Assembly: GCA_049472355.1 (NCBI GenBank)
Contig: JBLIRP010000009.1
Location: 1-61,454 of the forward strand
Source: a bacterium
GTDB taxonomy: Bacteria > SZUA-182 > DTGQ01 > JAFGSM01
Direction: 5' to 3'
DNA: 61,454 nucleotides
Under the pieces are notes generated by a model. That model made no database searches. It saw only the letters and a list, made by a program, of their open reading frames with translations, and was not told the origin of the DNA. Numbering within the stretch: the stretch's first letter is position 1; each line of letters begins with the position of its first letter. Positions 28,276 through 38,158 of the stretch are shown piece by piece. Both the position numbers and the translations under genes were made by a program.

Positions 28276-30039
28276 TTAGAACAATCCCTTCACCTTGCCG
28301 GTTTTCACATCCACGTCGATCCGGCGGAAGGCCGGGTCGGAGGATGTTCCCGGCATCAGCTTGATGGCCCCCGCCACCGGCACCACGAATCCCGCTCCCT
28401 TGTACATCAGGATGTCGCGGATGGGGAGGGTCCATCCCTTGGGCCGGCCCTTGAGATTCGGGTCATGGGTAAGGCTCAGGTGGGTCTTCACCATACAGGT
28501 GCCCAGCTTCGAGATCTCCGGGCTTTTCTGTATCCTCTCCACCTTGGCCATGGCCTCGGGGGTATAGGTGACATCCGATGCGCCGTATACCTCGGTTGCA
28601 AGGAGCCTTATCCTTTCCTCGAGCGGCGTGTCCTGCTCGTAGAGGAACCTGAAGTGATTCTGCTCCTTGCATGCCTCGATCACCGCATCCGCCAGCTCGA
28701 GTGCCCCGGCGCCACCCTTGAGCCAATGCTCTGACAGGGCCACCCGCGCGCCTGTTGCCTCGGCTATGCGCCTGATGGCGGCGATCTCCGTCTTGGTATC
28801 GGTGTGGAAGGAGTTGATGCAGACCACCGGATTGATCCCTGCCTTTTTTACGGTCTCTATGTGGGCGATCAGGTTCTCACACCCCTTTTCAACGAGTCCC
28901 ACGTTCTCTGAAATGTACTCATCATCGAGCGGCTTTCCGGGAGCCACCCTCGGTCCTCCGCCGTGCATCTTCAACGCCCTGACCGTGGCCACGATAACGG
29001 CGCAGTGAGGCGTGAGGCCGCTGAACCGGCACTTGAGGTTCCAGAACTTCTCGAACCCGATGTCGGCGCCGAAGCCGCTTTCGGTAATCAGATAGTCGGA
29101 GAGCTTCAACGCCACCTGGTCCGCGACGATGGAGGACTGGCCAATGGCGATATTGGCAAAGGGGCCGGCGTGCACCAGCACCGGCTGCCCTTCAAGGGAT
29201 TGCATCAGGTTCGGATTCAGGGCCTGGACCATCCATGCGGTCATGGCCCCATCGACCTCCAGGTCGGCGGTGGTAATGGGATCTCCCTTCTTGTTGTAGG
29301 CAACCACGATCCTGCCCATGCGCTCCCGCATATCCTTCAGGCTGGTGGATACGGCGAGTATTGCCATGATCTCGGAACTCACCGAGATGGCAAAACCGGA
29401 TTGCATCAGTACCCCGTCCATCTTCCCGCCGTGCCCGATAGTGATGTCCCGCAACGCCTGGGCGCAAAAATCCATGATCCAGCGCATCTCGATGTTTTTG
29501 GCATCGATATCCAGCCGCTTCAGGTTTCGCTTGGCGAGCTGCGCGTTGTCGTAGTTTTCCTCGTGCTGCATACGTGAGGTCAGCGCCACCATGGCGAGAT
29601 TATGGGCGTTGGTCACCTTGTCAATATCCCCGGTCAGCCCGAGGGAAAAAGGGGTAAGGGGGATGCATTGCGCCAGGCCGCCCCCGGCTGCGCTTCCCTT
29701 GATGTTGAAGGTCGGTCCTCCCGACGGCTGGCGGATGGCGCCCATGACCCTTATCCCCTTTTTCCCGAGCCCCTGCACCAGCCCCATGGTGGTGGTGCTC
29801 TTCCCCTCGCCGAGCGGGGTCGGGGTGATGGCGGTTACATCGATGTATTTGCCGTTCGGCTTGTTTTGTAACCTTTTGAGTACGGCGGCGAAGTCCACCT
29901 TTCCCAGGTAATGCCCCATGGGGATGAGCTCTTCTTTTTCCAGGCCGAGTACGTCTGCAAGCTCAAACACAGTTTTCATTCTGCCTTCTGCTTCTTCCGC
30001 GATTTCCCAGTCCTTATGATTTCTCGGATCTAAAGGCAT
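28276..30039 (-). CDS. fhs: Formate--tetrahydrofolate ligase
   Basis: [55 protein letters not shown] and KTHLSL. Confidence 0.96.
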   Translation of the reverse strand: MPLDPRNHKDWEIAEEAEGRMKTVFELADVLGLEKEELIPMGHYLGKVDFAAVLKRLQNKPNGKYIDVTAITPTPLGEGKSTTTMGLVQGLGKKGIRVMGAIRQPSGGPTFNIKGSAAGGGLAQCIPLTPFSLGLTGDIDKVTNAHNLAMVALTSRMQHEENYDNAQLAKRNLKRLDIDAKNIEMRWIMDFCAQALRDITIGHGGKMDGVLMQSGFAISVSSEIMAILAVSTSLKDMRERMGRIVVAYNKKGDPITTADLEVDGAMTAWMVQALNPNLMQSLEGQPVLVHAGPFANIAIGQSSIVADQVALKLSDYLITESGFGADIGFEKFWNLKCRFSGLTPHCAVIVATVRALKMHGGGPRVAPGKPLDDEYISENVGLVEKGCENLIAHIETVKKAGINPVVCINSFHTDTKTEIAAIRRIAEATGARVALSEHWLKGGAGALELADAVIEACKEQNHFRFLYEQDTPLEERIRLLATEVYGASDVTYTPEAMAKVERIQKSPEISKLGTCMVKTHLSLTHDPNLKGRPKGWTLPIRDILMYKGAGFVVPVAGAIKLMPGTSSDPAFRRIDVDVKTGKVKGLF

Positions 30040-30542
30040 AGCATCCCTCCATTTTTAGAACGGTATTTTAATTAAAGAGCACAGCGTTTAGAAATTCTGT
30101 GTCAGACCCTGTAAACCCGGTCGCAAATCCTGCCCGACGATCGCACATTGGGCATGTCTATTTTCTAAAATAAAACTATAGTATCATAAATAAATAGCCC
30201 GAACAATGCCGGATTCGTTATCCTGATGTGCATGTATCTGTAATATGCTCATTTTTTTGGAAATTATAACGCATTTTTAGAATTACTGATACGTGCTCGA
30301 TCCATTCGGGCAGGGAATGAATAAGGCTGCCCTATCTCGTAATTTTCGTCATTGCGCAGGGGGGACTGATGATTGGTGGCGGGGTAGGTGCGGAGGATGC
30401 CGCCTCCTGCATAAAGTATATGATATACCGAGGGATTTCCCGATGGGCACCACAGGCCCCCTGCCCCTCTGCATTATAGAAAATCCCTTGAAAATGAGGG
30501 ACTTTCGGCGAGATTTATTTTTTCGATGGATAGAGAGAAAAA

Positions 30543-30570
30543 TTGCATAAAATGTGCATTATGATATAAT
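30543..30570 (+). promoter_or_regulatory. Sigma70-type promoter upstream of the ECF sigma gene
   Basis: TTGCAT, 16-nt spacer, TATAAT with extended TGn. Confidence 0.55.
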
Positions 30571-30609
30571 TTGCTCGAACAATTTTATTAACCCGGAGGT
30601 TGCGAGAGC

Positions 30610-31227
30610 ATGAACACGACACAGACGGATATCGAATTTCTTGAATTCCTGAATAGTTGCGCCAATAAGGAAAAGGATGCCTGGGATACCTTTATCGGTA
30701 AGTACTCCAATCTTATATACAACTATATCATACGCACGCTCAAGAGGTACAATTATTTTTTTCAGAATGACGAGGTGGACGAAATCTTCAATCGAATCTT
30801 CCTCGCCCTTTTGGATAAAAAATGCCGTCGATTGAGAAATTTCCGCGGTCAGAATGAACGATCGTTCGGCGCCTACCTGAGGGAGATCAGCTTCCATATC
30901 TCCATAGATTTTCTCAGGGAACAGAAGAACTTCATAGAATTGGAGCAAATAGAATACTTCGTTTCAGACGATGATAAATATGAGGGTCTCGATCGCAGAG
31001 AGCTCAAAGAAATCATCGCATGTTTGAAAAATGAACTTCCTGAACGACATAGATACATCTTCAGGTTGATTTACGAGGAGGGGCACGAGTTGTCTCAGGT
31101 TGCCGAAATGCTTGATTTGAAGCTCAATGCAGTTCATCAGTTGAAATTCCGCATGATTAACAACCTTATTAAAATAGCAAAGAAAAAGAATTTATATTAT
31201 GAGCTTAAAAAATTCATAAGTGAATGA
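30610..31227 (+). CDS. ECF-type sigma-70 factor
   Basis: Region 2-like AWDTFIGKYSNLIY...EIFNRIFLAL...SFGAYL and region 4-like LPERHRYIFRLIYEEGHELSQVAEMLDL; SD GGAGGT. Confidence 0.82.
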   Translation: MNTTQTDIEFLEFLNSCANKEKDAWDTFIGKYSNLIYNYIIRTLKRYNYFFQNDEVDEIFNRIFLALLDKKCRRLRNFRGQNERSFGAYLREISFHISIDFLREQKNFIELEQIEYFVSDDDKYEGLDRRELKEIIACLKNELPERHRYIFRLIYEEGHELSQVAEMLDLKLNAVHQLKFRMINNLIKIAKKKNLYYELKKFISE

Positions 31228-31278
31228 TAATGTGCTGCGTCTATACAGATGAAACGCTCATGAGCCGGATGAAACTGC

Positions 31279-31309
31279 GAATGTAGAATGTAGAATGTCG
31301 AATGTAGAA
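31279..31309. repeat. Heptamer tandem repeat (GAATGTA) x4
   Basis: GAATGTA GAATGTA GAATGTC GAATGTA GAA read directly. Confidence 0.8.
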
Positions 31310-31609
31310 GTGAAACGCAGATGAGCCTTCGGCTCACAAGGAAGCATGAAAATCCTGGGGGATTTTCAGATGAAACGAGAAAGAACGACAGGGTTAGTGA
31401 AACATTTCATGACAAAAGAGGCGCATTATGTCGAAAGGTTCAGAAAGGAATTGGTTAGCAATGGGTCTTTATGAGGCCTGTTATATAAAGGTTTGTAAGG
31501 ATTGCAGAGATTTTCAGGATTTTACAATCTTAACCGATGTGAGGAGATATGGTATGCAGTGTTCCTTCAAACGGAGGCATTGATACCCTATTCCTCGTGG
31601 AGAAACCCA

Positions 31610-32323
31610 ATGAACAAGGAGCTTGAGAAGTTAGACGCCTTGATAGCCGGGGTCCAAAAAAGGAAGCCATCGCTCAGAACCCCCGCCCTTCCCGACCGCA
31701 ACTGCATTCCTGAAGAAGTGCTCGAGGATTACCTTGACCATCGCTCACCACCCGAACAGAAGGAAGAGGTTGAGGCACACCTTGCCGATTGTTCCATATG
31801 CTTTGACAGGATGATGATCCTGAGGGCCATGCGCTCCGAGGAACAGGTTTCCCTCCCGCAGCGATTGTTGGACAGGGTACGAGATCTCGTTCCGGAAACC
31901 AGGCCGAATTGCCTGGAGCTGGTGCTCGGTTTCGCCATTGATACGATCCATATCATTCGACACACCGGTATCATGCTCTCTCCCGCGCTTATACTCGAAC
32001 CGGTCAGGGGGGAAAATCAGACCGAGGTACGGGGAAAGACGGATTATGTCGAGGTCAGGAAGCCCTTCGGCAACATTACGGTCAATGTTCAGGTCGAGCG
32101 CGTGAACGGGTCGTATAAGCTGATGGTGAACACCCTCGATACCAAAAGCGATTCCGCACCTGTCAATATGAGATTGATCCTTTCTTCACTGAGCCGGGAA
32201 TTGAATTCGGTTGACGATAGTGAGGCCGTCTTTTACATCAAGCTCAAGCAATATGTCATTAAAGTCATCCATGAAGGCCAAGAGATCGGGACGGTGAGCC
32301 TGGATTTACGGAAGGAAGAGTAA
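31610..32323 (+). CDS. Zinc-finger (zf-HC2/ZAS) anti-sigma-like protein, soluble
   Basis: C...LEDYLD...VEAHLADCSIC (HxxxCxxC); no obvious TM helix; beta-rich C-terminus; next to the ECF sigma. Confidence 0.78.
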   Translation: MNKELEKLDALIAGVQKRKPSLRTPALPDRNCIPEEVLEDYLDHRSPPEQKEEVEAHLADCSICFDRMMILRAMRSEEQVSLPQRLLDRVRDLVPETRPNCLELVLGFAIDTIHIIRHTGIMLSPALILEPVRGENQTEVRGKTDYVEVRKPFGNITVNVQVERVNGSYKLMVNTLDTKSDSAPVNMRLILSSLSRELNSVDDSEAVFYIKLKQYVIKVIHEGQEIGTVSLDLRKEE

Positions 32324-32384
32324 CCCAGGGCTGATGCGGCGCAGTCTCGATATGATCGGCACGTTCCATCTCATGCAATGAAAA

Positions 32385-34634
32385 ATGATAAAAAAGGACG
32401 AGTCTCTTATGAAACAGGTCGTCTATTTAGAAATTATACGAAAGGGGCCACACCTCGAGAGCAGTCTCTCAAAGGGTGAGCAAACCCTCACCCACTACGA
32501 GGAGTCCCCGGTATCACCCGATGAGTTGAGCAAGAGATGCAATGAACTCATGCATCTGTTGAATATGGTGTCCCGCAGGGGCGCCATCCCCACCTCCGTC
32601 ATCGAAGAGATGCAGCAGATGGGGAGGGTCCTCTATAACGAGATATTTCCCCTTTCCATAAAGACGCAACTCTTTGACTGTCCCCCTTCCGACTTGGTAT
32701 TGAGGATCGACAACACCCTGGTGCACGTGCCCTGGGAATTGCTGTTTGACGGAGAGCATTTCCTGTGCGAGAAGTTCAATATCGGCAGGATGGTCAAGAC
32801 GCAGCAGATCGTGGACAAGCGGAGGGAGTCACGCCCCAGTTTTCCGCTCAGGATCCTCATCATCGCCGATCCCCGAAGCGACCTCAGGGCCTCCTATGAG
32901 GAGGGGAAGAGGATCCGCGACCAACTGCAGAGCGACACGGTCAAGGTCACCCTGGTCACCAGCGAGGTGAGCAGGGATTTTCTCAAGAAGCGGCTGTTCA
33001 ACTATGATCTCATCCACTATGCAGGGCATGCCGACTACGATCTTGAAAGTCCCAGCAAGAGCGGATGGCTCCTGGAGGATGGAAAATTTGCCACCCTCGA
33101 TATCAGAAAGATGGGAGGAAGTAATCCGCTGCCATGGATGGTGTTTTCCAATGCATGCCAGTCCGGTCAAACCGAGGAGTGGAGGGTTGACGAGGAAGGA
33201 GAGCAGAAGATCTATGGCCTGGCAAACGCCTTTCTCCTCTCAGGCGTGCAGCATTATATCGGAACCTTCTGGAAGGTGCTGGACGAGCCGAGTACGAATT
33301 TCGCCATGGAGTTCTATAACCACCTCATAGAGGGTGCCTCCATAGGGGAATCCATGCGCTCCGCCCGGCTGGCGCTTCGGGAAAGGTATGGCGAGGGGAA
33401 TATCCTCTGGGCCAGTTACCTCCTGTATGGGGATCCGGGTGTGCGCTATTTCAAAAAGGAGGAGGAAGAGCAGGAGGGCATCCTGGCCGGTGCCGGGGCA
33501 AGCACGCCGTCTCCCCAAAGGATCCCGGAGACCTATATACAGAAAAACGGCCTGCGTACCCGTTCGGCTGCCAAGGGTGATAACGGGGCATACGGGTGGC
33601 GCTCAAAGAAAGGCGTGAGCGATGGTGCCGAACGCTCCCGAAGGGCCCTTTCGAAAAGGCTTTTTTGGGCTGCTGCAGGGATTTTCATAGGGCTTTTTCT
33701 CGTTTTCGGCGCTATTCAGTATACGATTCGCGCGAGAAATTCCCGGTCCGGAAACGTCATTTCATCGCCTGTACACGGGACTGAGGAATTGCAGAACCTG
33801 AAGGCCTTGGTTGAGGCAGGGATGGCGTCGGATGATCAGATGGCGGATTTTTTCCAGCGGTTGATGGAGAAATATCAGGGCGATGCCGCTCAACCGCAGA
33901 ACGAACAGGATATGTGGACATCGAGGCCGGTTGCCCTGTTTTTTGTTGCCACGGAACCGGGCGGTGATGACAATGTCAGGAACAGTGCAACGGCAGAGAG
34001 CCTGGTGCACAGGCTGATGCAACGTCTGGGTCAGGATTCCCGTATCACCATTATCGAAAGGGAATACCTGTTGACGCTTCTCAAGGAATTGGACATCGGT
34101 TCCTCGCGCCTTGCCGATCCTGACCATACGCTTAAATTAGGGCAGATCATATCAGGGAACCTTTTCACCATATTCAGTATCGGCCGGATGGAGAATACCT
34201 GGCAGGCGAATGTCAGGATCATCGCAAGCGAGACATCAAAGGTCGAGGCCGCCCTGAGCGAGACCTGGACCGAATCGCGCGATCTGGATATGGTGGCAAA
34301 GGGATTGGCGGAGAAATTCCTCGCAGCGATAGGGGAGGCATTCCCCTTGCAGGGCAGGATAAAACATTTCTTCAGCGATCAAAAGGTTATGCTCAACATC
34401 GGGTACCGTCAGGGGGCGAAGGAGGGAATGAGACTGTCAGCGCTGAAGGATCGGAAGATTCTCAGTTCCCAGGGAGAGTCCCTCGCCACCGACCAGGTAT
34501 CCGTTGCCTCTTTGAAGGTTACCGAGGTCAGGGAGGATTTCTCCTATGCCGAGGTTCTCAATCGCACGGACGATCTCGCCTCAGGGATGAAGGTCACCGT
34601 GCAAAGGATGCAACCGGTGCAATCGTCCGGATAG
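32385..34634 (+). CDS. CHAT (caspase/separase-like) protease with a single TM helix and periplasmic CsgG-like plus FlgT-C-like domains
   Basis: VPWELL, LIHYAGHA (His), VFSNACQSG (Cys), GLANAFL, YIGTFW and WASYLLYGDP; TM LFWAAAGIFIGLFLVFGAI; IIEREYLLTLLKELDIG...LGQII. Confidence 0.85.
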   Translation: MIKKDESLMKQVVYLEIIRKGPHLESSLSKGEQTLTHYEESPVSPDELSKRCNELMHLLNMVSRRGAIPTSVIEEMQQMGRVLYNEIFPLSIKTQLFDCPPSDLVLRIDNTLVHVPWELLFDGEHFLCEKFNIGRMVKTQQIVDKRRESRPSFPLRILIIADPRSDLRASYEEGKRIRDQLQSDTVKVTLVTSEVSRDFLKKRLFNYDLIHYAGHADYDLESPSKSGWLLEDGKFATLDIRKMGGSNPLPWMVFSNACQSGQTEEWRVDEEGEQKIYGLANAFLLSGVQHYIGTFWKVLDEPSTNFAMEFYNHLIEGASIGESMRSARLALRERYGEGNILWASYLLYGDPGVRYFKKEEEEQEGILAGAGASTPSPQRIPETYIQKNGLRTRSAAKGDNGAYGWRSKKGVSDGAERSRRALSKRLFWAAAGIFIGLFLVFGAIQYTIRARNSRSGNVISSPVHGTEELQNLKALVEAGMASDDQMADFFQRLMEKYQGDAAQPQNEQDMWTSRPVALFFVATEPGGDDNVRNSATAESLVHRLMQRLGQDSRITIIEREYLLTLLKELDIGSSRLADPDHTLKLGQIISGNLFTIFSIGRMENTWQANVRIIASETSKVEAALSETWTESRDLDMVAKGLAEKFLAAIGEAFPLQGRIKHFFSDQKVMLNIGYRQGAKEGMRLSALKDRKILSSQGESLATDQVSVASLKVTEVREDFSYAEVLNRTDDLASGMKVTVQRMQPVQSSG

Positions 34635-34662
34635 AATTATAAAATTTGGATAAACACATGAC

Positions 34663-36708
34663 ATGAAGGCACCATATAATGCAAAACGAGTTTCCCTTTC
34701 CATACTCCTATCGATCCTTTCGCTGTTAGTCCTCCACTGTGCTGTTCCGCCGGGCCCAGTCTTTCAGAAGGATGGTAAGCTTTACGGGAAAACAGAGGGA
34801 CAGTGGGGGGGGCGATGGTGGAACTATTACCAGCGAGGCCTCTCCTATGCCCAGGGCGAATATTGGGAACACGCTATCAGGGACCTTCAGGAGGCAATCA
34901 CGCGGAGATTTGAGGATCAGCGGAGGGCGAGGACCTATGGCCTCCACATCATGGATGACTATTTTCCCCATCGTGAACTCGGGATCGTATACTATCGACA
35001 GGGGAGATTCAACGAGGCGATAGCGGAGCTTGAGGCATCCATCGGTCAATTCGAATCGGCAAAGGCGAAATATTTTCTGAATGAGGCGCGGCGCGGACTT
35101 TTACAGGAGACAGGGGCCGATACGTCATCGCCGAGGCTGTATATTGCGTTTCCCAAAACAGGGCATTTGACCAGGTTTTCCAGCCTGACCATGTCCGCGG
35201 AGGCGGTGGATGACCAGTTTGTTGAGGCAATCTCGGTCAATGACCGGAAAATTCCCGTGGAACTTTCCAGCAGCACCATCACCTTTAACACCGACATACA
35301 GCTCAAAAGGGGAGAGAACAAAATCGCGGTGCAGGTAAGGGACCTCGTCGGCAGGAAGAACCGGAAGGAAATCGTGGTCTGGTGTGATCAGGAGGCGCCG
35401 GTGATCTATGTCGATCAGATCGTGGGTGACGGTCTGGGCCAGGGATATACCATTGACGGGTATATTGCGGATATGAGCGGTGTCGCAGGTTTTTGGCTCA
35501 ATGAAATCCGTGTTGAGTGTGCGGAGACCGGGGGGAGTGAATTCTCGGTGTATCTTCATGCCGCCGATATGAAACCCAACCTCACCTTCCAGGCGGTGGA
35601 CGGGCTGGGGAACAGTACCTCCGGTGAGATCAGGATTGCGGAGATCCTTGGCGCAGGGCGTACGGAGGGCTTTCTCCGGCCTCGCCTGGCCTATTGCGGG
35701 AGTGACCTGAGGGGGATGCTTGCCGCCCTCGCTGAAGGGGAATCCCCTTCAGCTCAGACCGGGCCGTTCATCCGGCTGAAGGACCTCCCCGATCGCATTA
35801 CCGTGGACTGGGAGGAATGCTTTCTGGAAGGAGAGGCACGGGATCAGGCCGGGATCACCGGGGTGATTGTCAACGGCATCCCCCTGGTGACGAGGACCGC
35901 CAAGGTGGTGTTTTTCAATTTTGTGCTTCCCCTGGAGGTGGGGGAGAACGTGATCACTGTGCAGGCCGAATCCGAGTCAGGGCAGGTGCGGACCACCACG
36001 GTCCATGTTGAGCGAACGCTCAATTGCGTGCAAAGGATCGGCACGCGTCTGAATATGGCCATTTTCCCGTTTAAATATCTGGGTGAGAGGAATGAGATAA
36101 AGGACCTTCTCTACAATGCGATCATTCAGGGATTCGTGGAGCAGCGGCGGTTTCAGATTGTGGACCGGGAGCGGATTGACGGGCTCCTCGCGCGCATCAC
36201 GGAGGAGAAAGACGATCCCTCCTGTGTGGAAATGGGCAGGCTGGTCACCGCCGAGGGGGTCATCGCCGGAAGCGCCTATTTTTATGACGGCTATCTGGAG
36301 ATCATCGCCAGGGTGGTTGATACGGAAACCACCGTCGTCCTGGATGCCGAAGAGGTCTTCGGCCCGATATCCTCCCTCAAGGATGTGCAGCTCCTGGCCC
36401 AGGGGTTGTCCCTCAAGTTCAAACAGGCATTTCCCCTGGCGGAAGGCAGTGTCGTGAATATTCTTTCGGATGCCGTGCAGATCGATCTCGGGAACAGGGA
36501 CCGGCTTCTCCCCTATATGAAGGTCATATTCTTCAGGGAGGATCAGCCGGTAAAGATCCCCGGTTCGGAAAGGATTGCCGAGAGGCGTTTCACCATCCTT
36601 GGAGAGGGGAGAATAAAGAAGCTGTATGAATCAACCGCCGATGCGGTGCTTGCATCGCAGAAGGACATCCCTCGAGTGGAGGTAGATGACCGGGTGATTA
36701 CAAAATGA
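34663..36708 (+). CDS. Probable exported (lipo)protein: TPR, Ig-like repeats, CsgG-like and FlgT-C-like domains
   Basis: Signal peptide ending LVLHC (atypical lipobox); TPRs (YYQRGLSY, RELGIVYYRQGRFNEAIAEL); LKRGENKIAVQVRD and LEVGENVITVQA; MAIFPF...FQIVDRERID. Confidence 0.75.
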   Translation: MKAPYNAKRVSLSILLSILSLLVLHCAVPPGPVFQKDGKLYGKTEGQWGGRWWNYYQRGLSYAQGEYWEHAIRDLQEAITRRFEDQRRARTYGLHIMDDYFPHRELGIVYYRQGRFNEAIAELEASIGQFESAKAKYFLNEARRGLLQETGADTSSPRLYIAFPKTGHLTRFSSLTMSAEAVDDQFVEAISVNDRKIPVELSSSTITFNTDIQLKRGENKIAVQVRDLVGRKNRKEIVVWCDQEAPVIYVDQIVGDGLGQGYTIDGYIADMSGVAGFWLNEIRVECAETGGSEFSVYLHAADMKPNLTFQAVDGLGNSTSGEIRIAEILGAGRTEGFLRPRLAYCGSDLRGMLAALAEGESPSAQTGPFIRLKDLPDRITVDWEECFLEGEARDQAGITGVIVNGIPLVTRTAKVVFFNFVLPLEVGENVITVQAESESGQVRTTTVHVERTLNCVQRIGTRLNMAIFPFKYLGERNEIKDLLYNAIIQGFVEQRRFQIVDRERIDGLLARITEEKDDPSCVEMGRLVTAEGVIAGSAYFYDGYLEIIARVVDTETTVVLDAEEVFGPISSLKDVQLLAQGLSLKFKQAFPLAEGSVVNILSDAVQIDLGNRDRLLPYMKVIFFREDQPVKIPGSERIAERRFTILGEGRIKKLYESTADAVLASQKDIPRVEVDDRVITK

Positions 36709-36770
36709 TGCGCACCGGCCTCATGAGTGGTCGCACACGTGACGCGGTTACGGAAGGGATTGCATAGCGT

Positions 36771-38102
36771 ATGATGCACATGCGACGATACATTGCAGTA
36801 ATGAGTATTTTCGTTGCCCTTGCAGCGGGATGCATAGGCAGTGGAATGCTCGGAGGCCCTGTCTGCGCGTATGCCCAGATGGAATCCTTCAGTGTTGCAT
36901 CGCCTCCCAATCCGGTAGGGTCCGGGGCACGGGCCATGGGCGTCGGCGGGGCGTTCGTGGCGGTGGCAGATGACGCAACCGCTGCATCGTGGAATCCCGG
37001 CGGGCTTCCCCAACTGCAAAAACCCGAGGTCTCGGTGGTCTTTGCACTCGAAAGGCGGACAGAGACCCGAAGCTCCTTGTCTCTGCCCGATCTTGAAGGT
37101 GAGGAGACAACCACCCTGTCCGATCTGAACTACCTCAGCATGGTGTATCCCTTCAGCCTCGCGCGGAGGAATATGGTCTTTTCCTTGAATTATCAAAGGC
37201 TGTATGATTTTAACAGGGAATTCACGATACACTTGAGCGACGGTTCGATCGAGGCATTTCAATCAGACGGGACCCTCTATACCGTTTCACCGGCGCTGGC
37301 AATGCGGGCAACGGAGGATCTCTTCGTCGGCCTGACGATCAATATCTGGTCCGACTCATGGACCGGAAGGAGCGATTGGGTAAACAACTACTCCCTCAGC
37401 ATAGATGCAAACCATGTCCAAACGGCGAAGGAGTCCTATAAAAATTTCAGGGGGGTGAATGCCAATCTCGGGTTCTTGTACCGGATCAATCCCCGATGGA
37501 CCATCGGCGCGGTGTACAAGACGCCGTTTCGTGCCCGTCTCGACTACGGGTATTACAACAAATCGACACCGGCAGAGACCGAGAGCCCGGCGTATGGAAG
37601 GATCGAATCGATGGACTTCCCGTCCGCGCTCGCCCTGGGGGTCTCATGTCGCATCTCCGATGCGTGGACCATTTCCGCCGATGTCACGAGAAGGGACTGG
37701 GATGAACTGGTGTGGCGCAATACACGGGGGCAGAGCTACGGTCTTTTTACCCATTTCGACCCGAATGTGAACCCCGTTGAGTTTCCGCATATCGATCCGA
37801 CCTATTCCTTGCGGGTGGGGGTGGAATATCTCAGGATACTGGAAAGGACGGTTGTCCCTGTCAGGGCTGGGATCTTCTACGATCCCGTACCCTCCGTCGG
37901 CAGCCCGCAAAGTGAATACGGAATGAGCCTCGGATCGGGGATAAGCCTCGGCGATCTCATCGTGGATTTCGCCTATGAGTACAGGGTTAGGTTTGATGTG
38001 CCGGGAACTGAGACGGGATTGGCTGAAAAGTCATGGGGCCATTTGGTGTATGAGGATAAAAAACAACACAAGTTTTTGTTGTCTGCAATCTATCATTTTT
38101 GA
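36771..38102 (+). CDS. Outer-membrane beta-barrel, FadL/OmpP1/PorV-like
   Basis: Signal peptide, GSGARAMGVGGAFVAVADDATAASWNPGGL, amphipathic strands and C-terminal aromatic YHF. Confidence 0.82.
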   Translation: MMHMRRYIAVMSIFVALAAGCIGSGMLGGPVCAYAQMESFSVASPPNPVGSGARAMGVGGAFVAVADDATAASWNPGGLPQLQKPEVSVVFALERRTETRSSLSLPDLEGEETTTLSDLNYLSMVYPFSLARRNMVFSLNYQRLYDFNREFTIHLSDGSIEAFQSDGTLYTVSPALAMRATEDLFVGLTINIWSDSWTGRSDWVNNYSLSIDANHVQTAKESYKNFRGVNANLGFLYRINPRWTIGAVYKTPFRARLDYGYYNKSTPAETESPAYGRIESMDFPSALALGVSCRISDAWTISADVTRRDWDELVWRNTRGQSYGLFTHFDPNVNPVEFPHIDPTYSLRVGVEYLRILERTVVPVRAGIFYDPVPSVGSPQSEYGMSLGSGISLGDLIVDFAYEYRVRFDVPGTETGLAEKSWGHLVYEDKKQHKFLLSAIYHF

Positions 38103-38130
38103 TACACAGGGATGATTTTTGGAATGATTA

Positions 38131-38158
38131 TTGCATAATTTTTTGTTGGTGATATAGT
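38131..38158 (+). promoter_or_regulatory. Sigma70-type promoter upstream of the Gly-rich protein gene
   Basis: TTGCAT, 16-nt spacer, TATAGT with extended TGn. Confidence 0.45.

Noticed and set aside
30040..30200. Riboswitch (ZTP/THF/c-di-GMP) upstream of fhs
   Set aside because: A hairpin and an ACAGGGTCT stretch are present on the minus strand, but I could not match the conserved cores; an Rfam scan would be needed.
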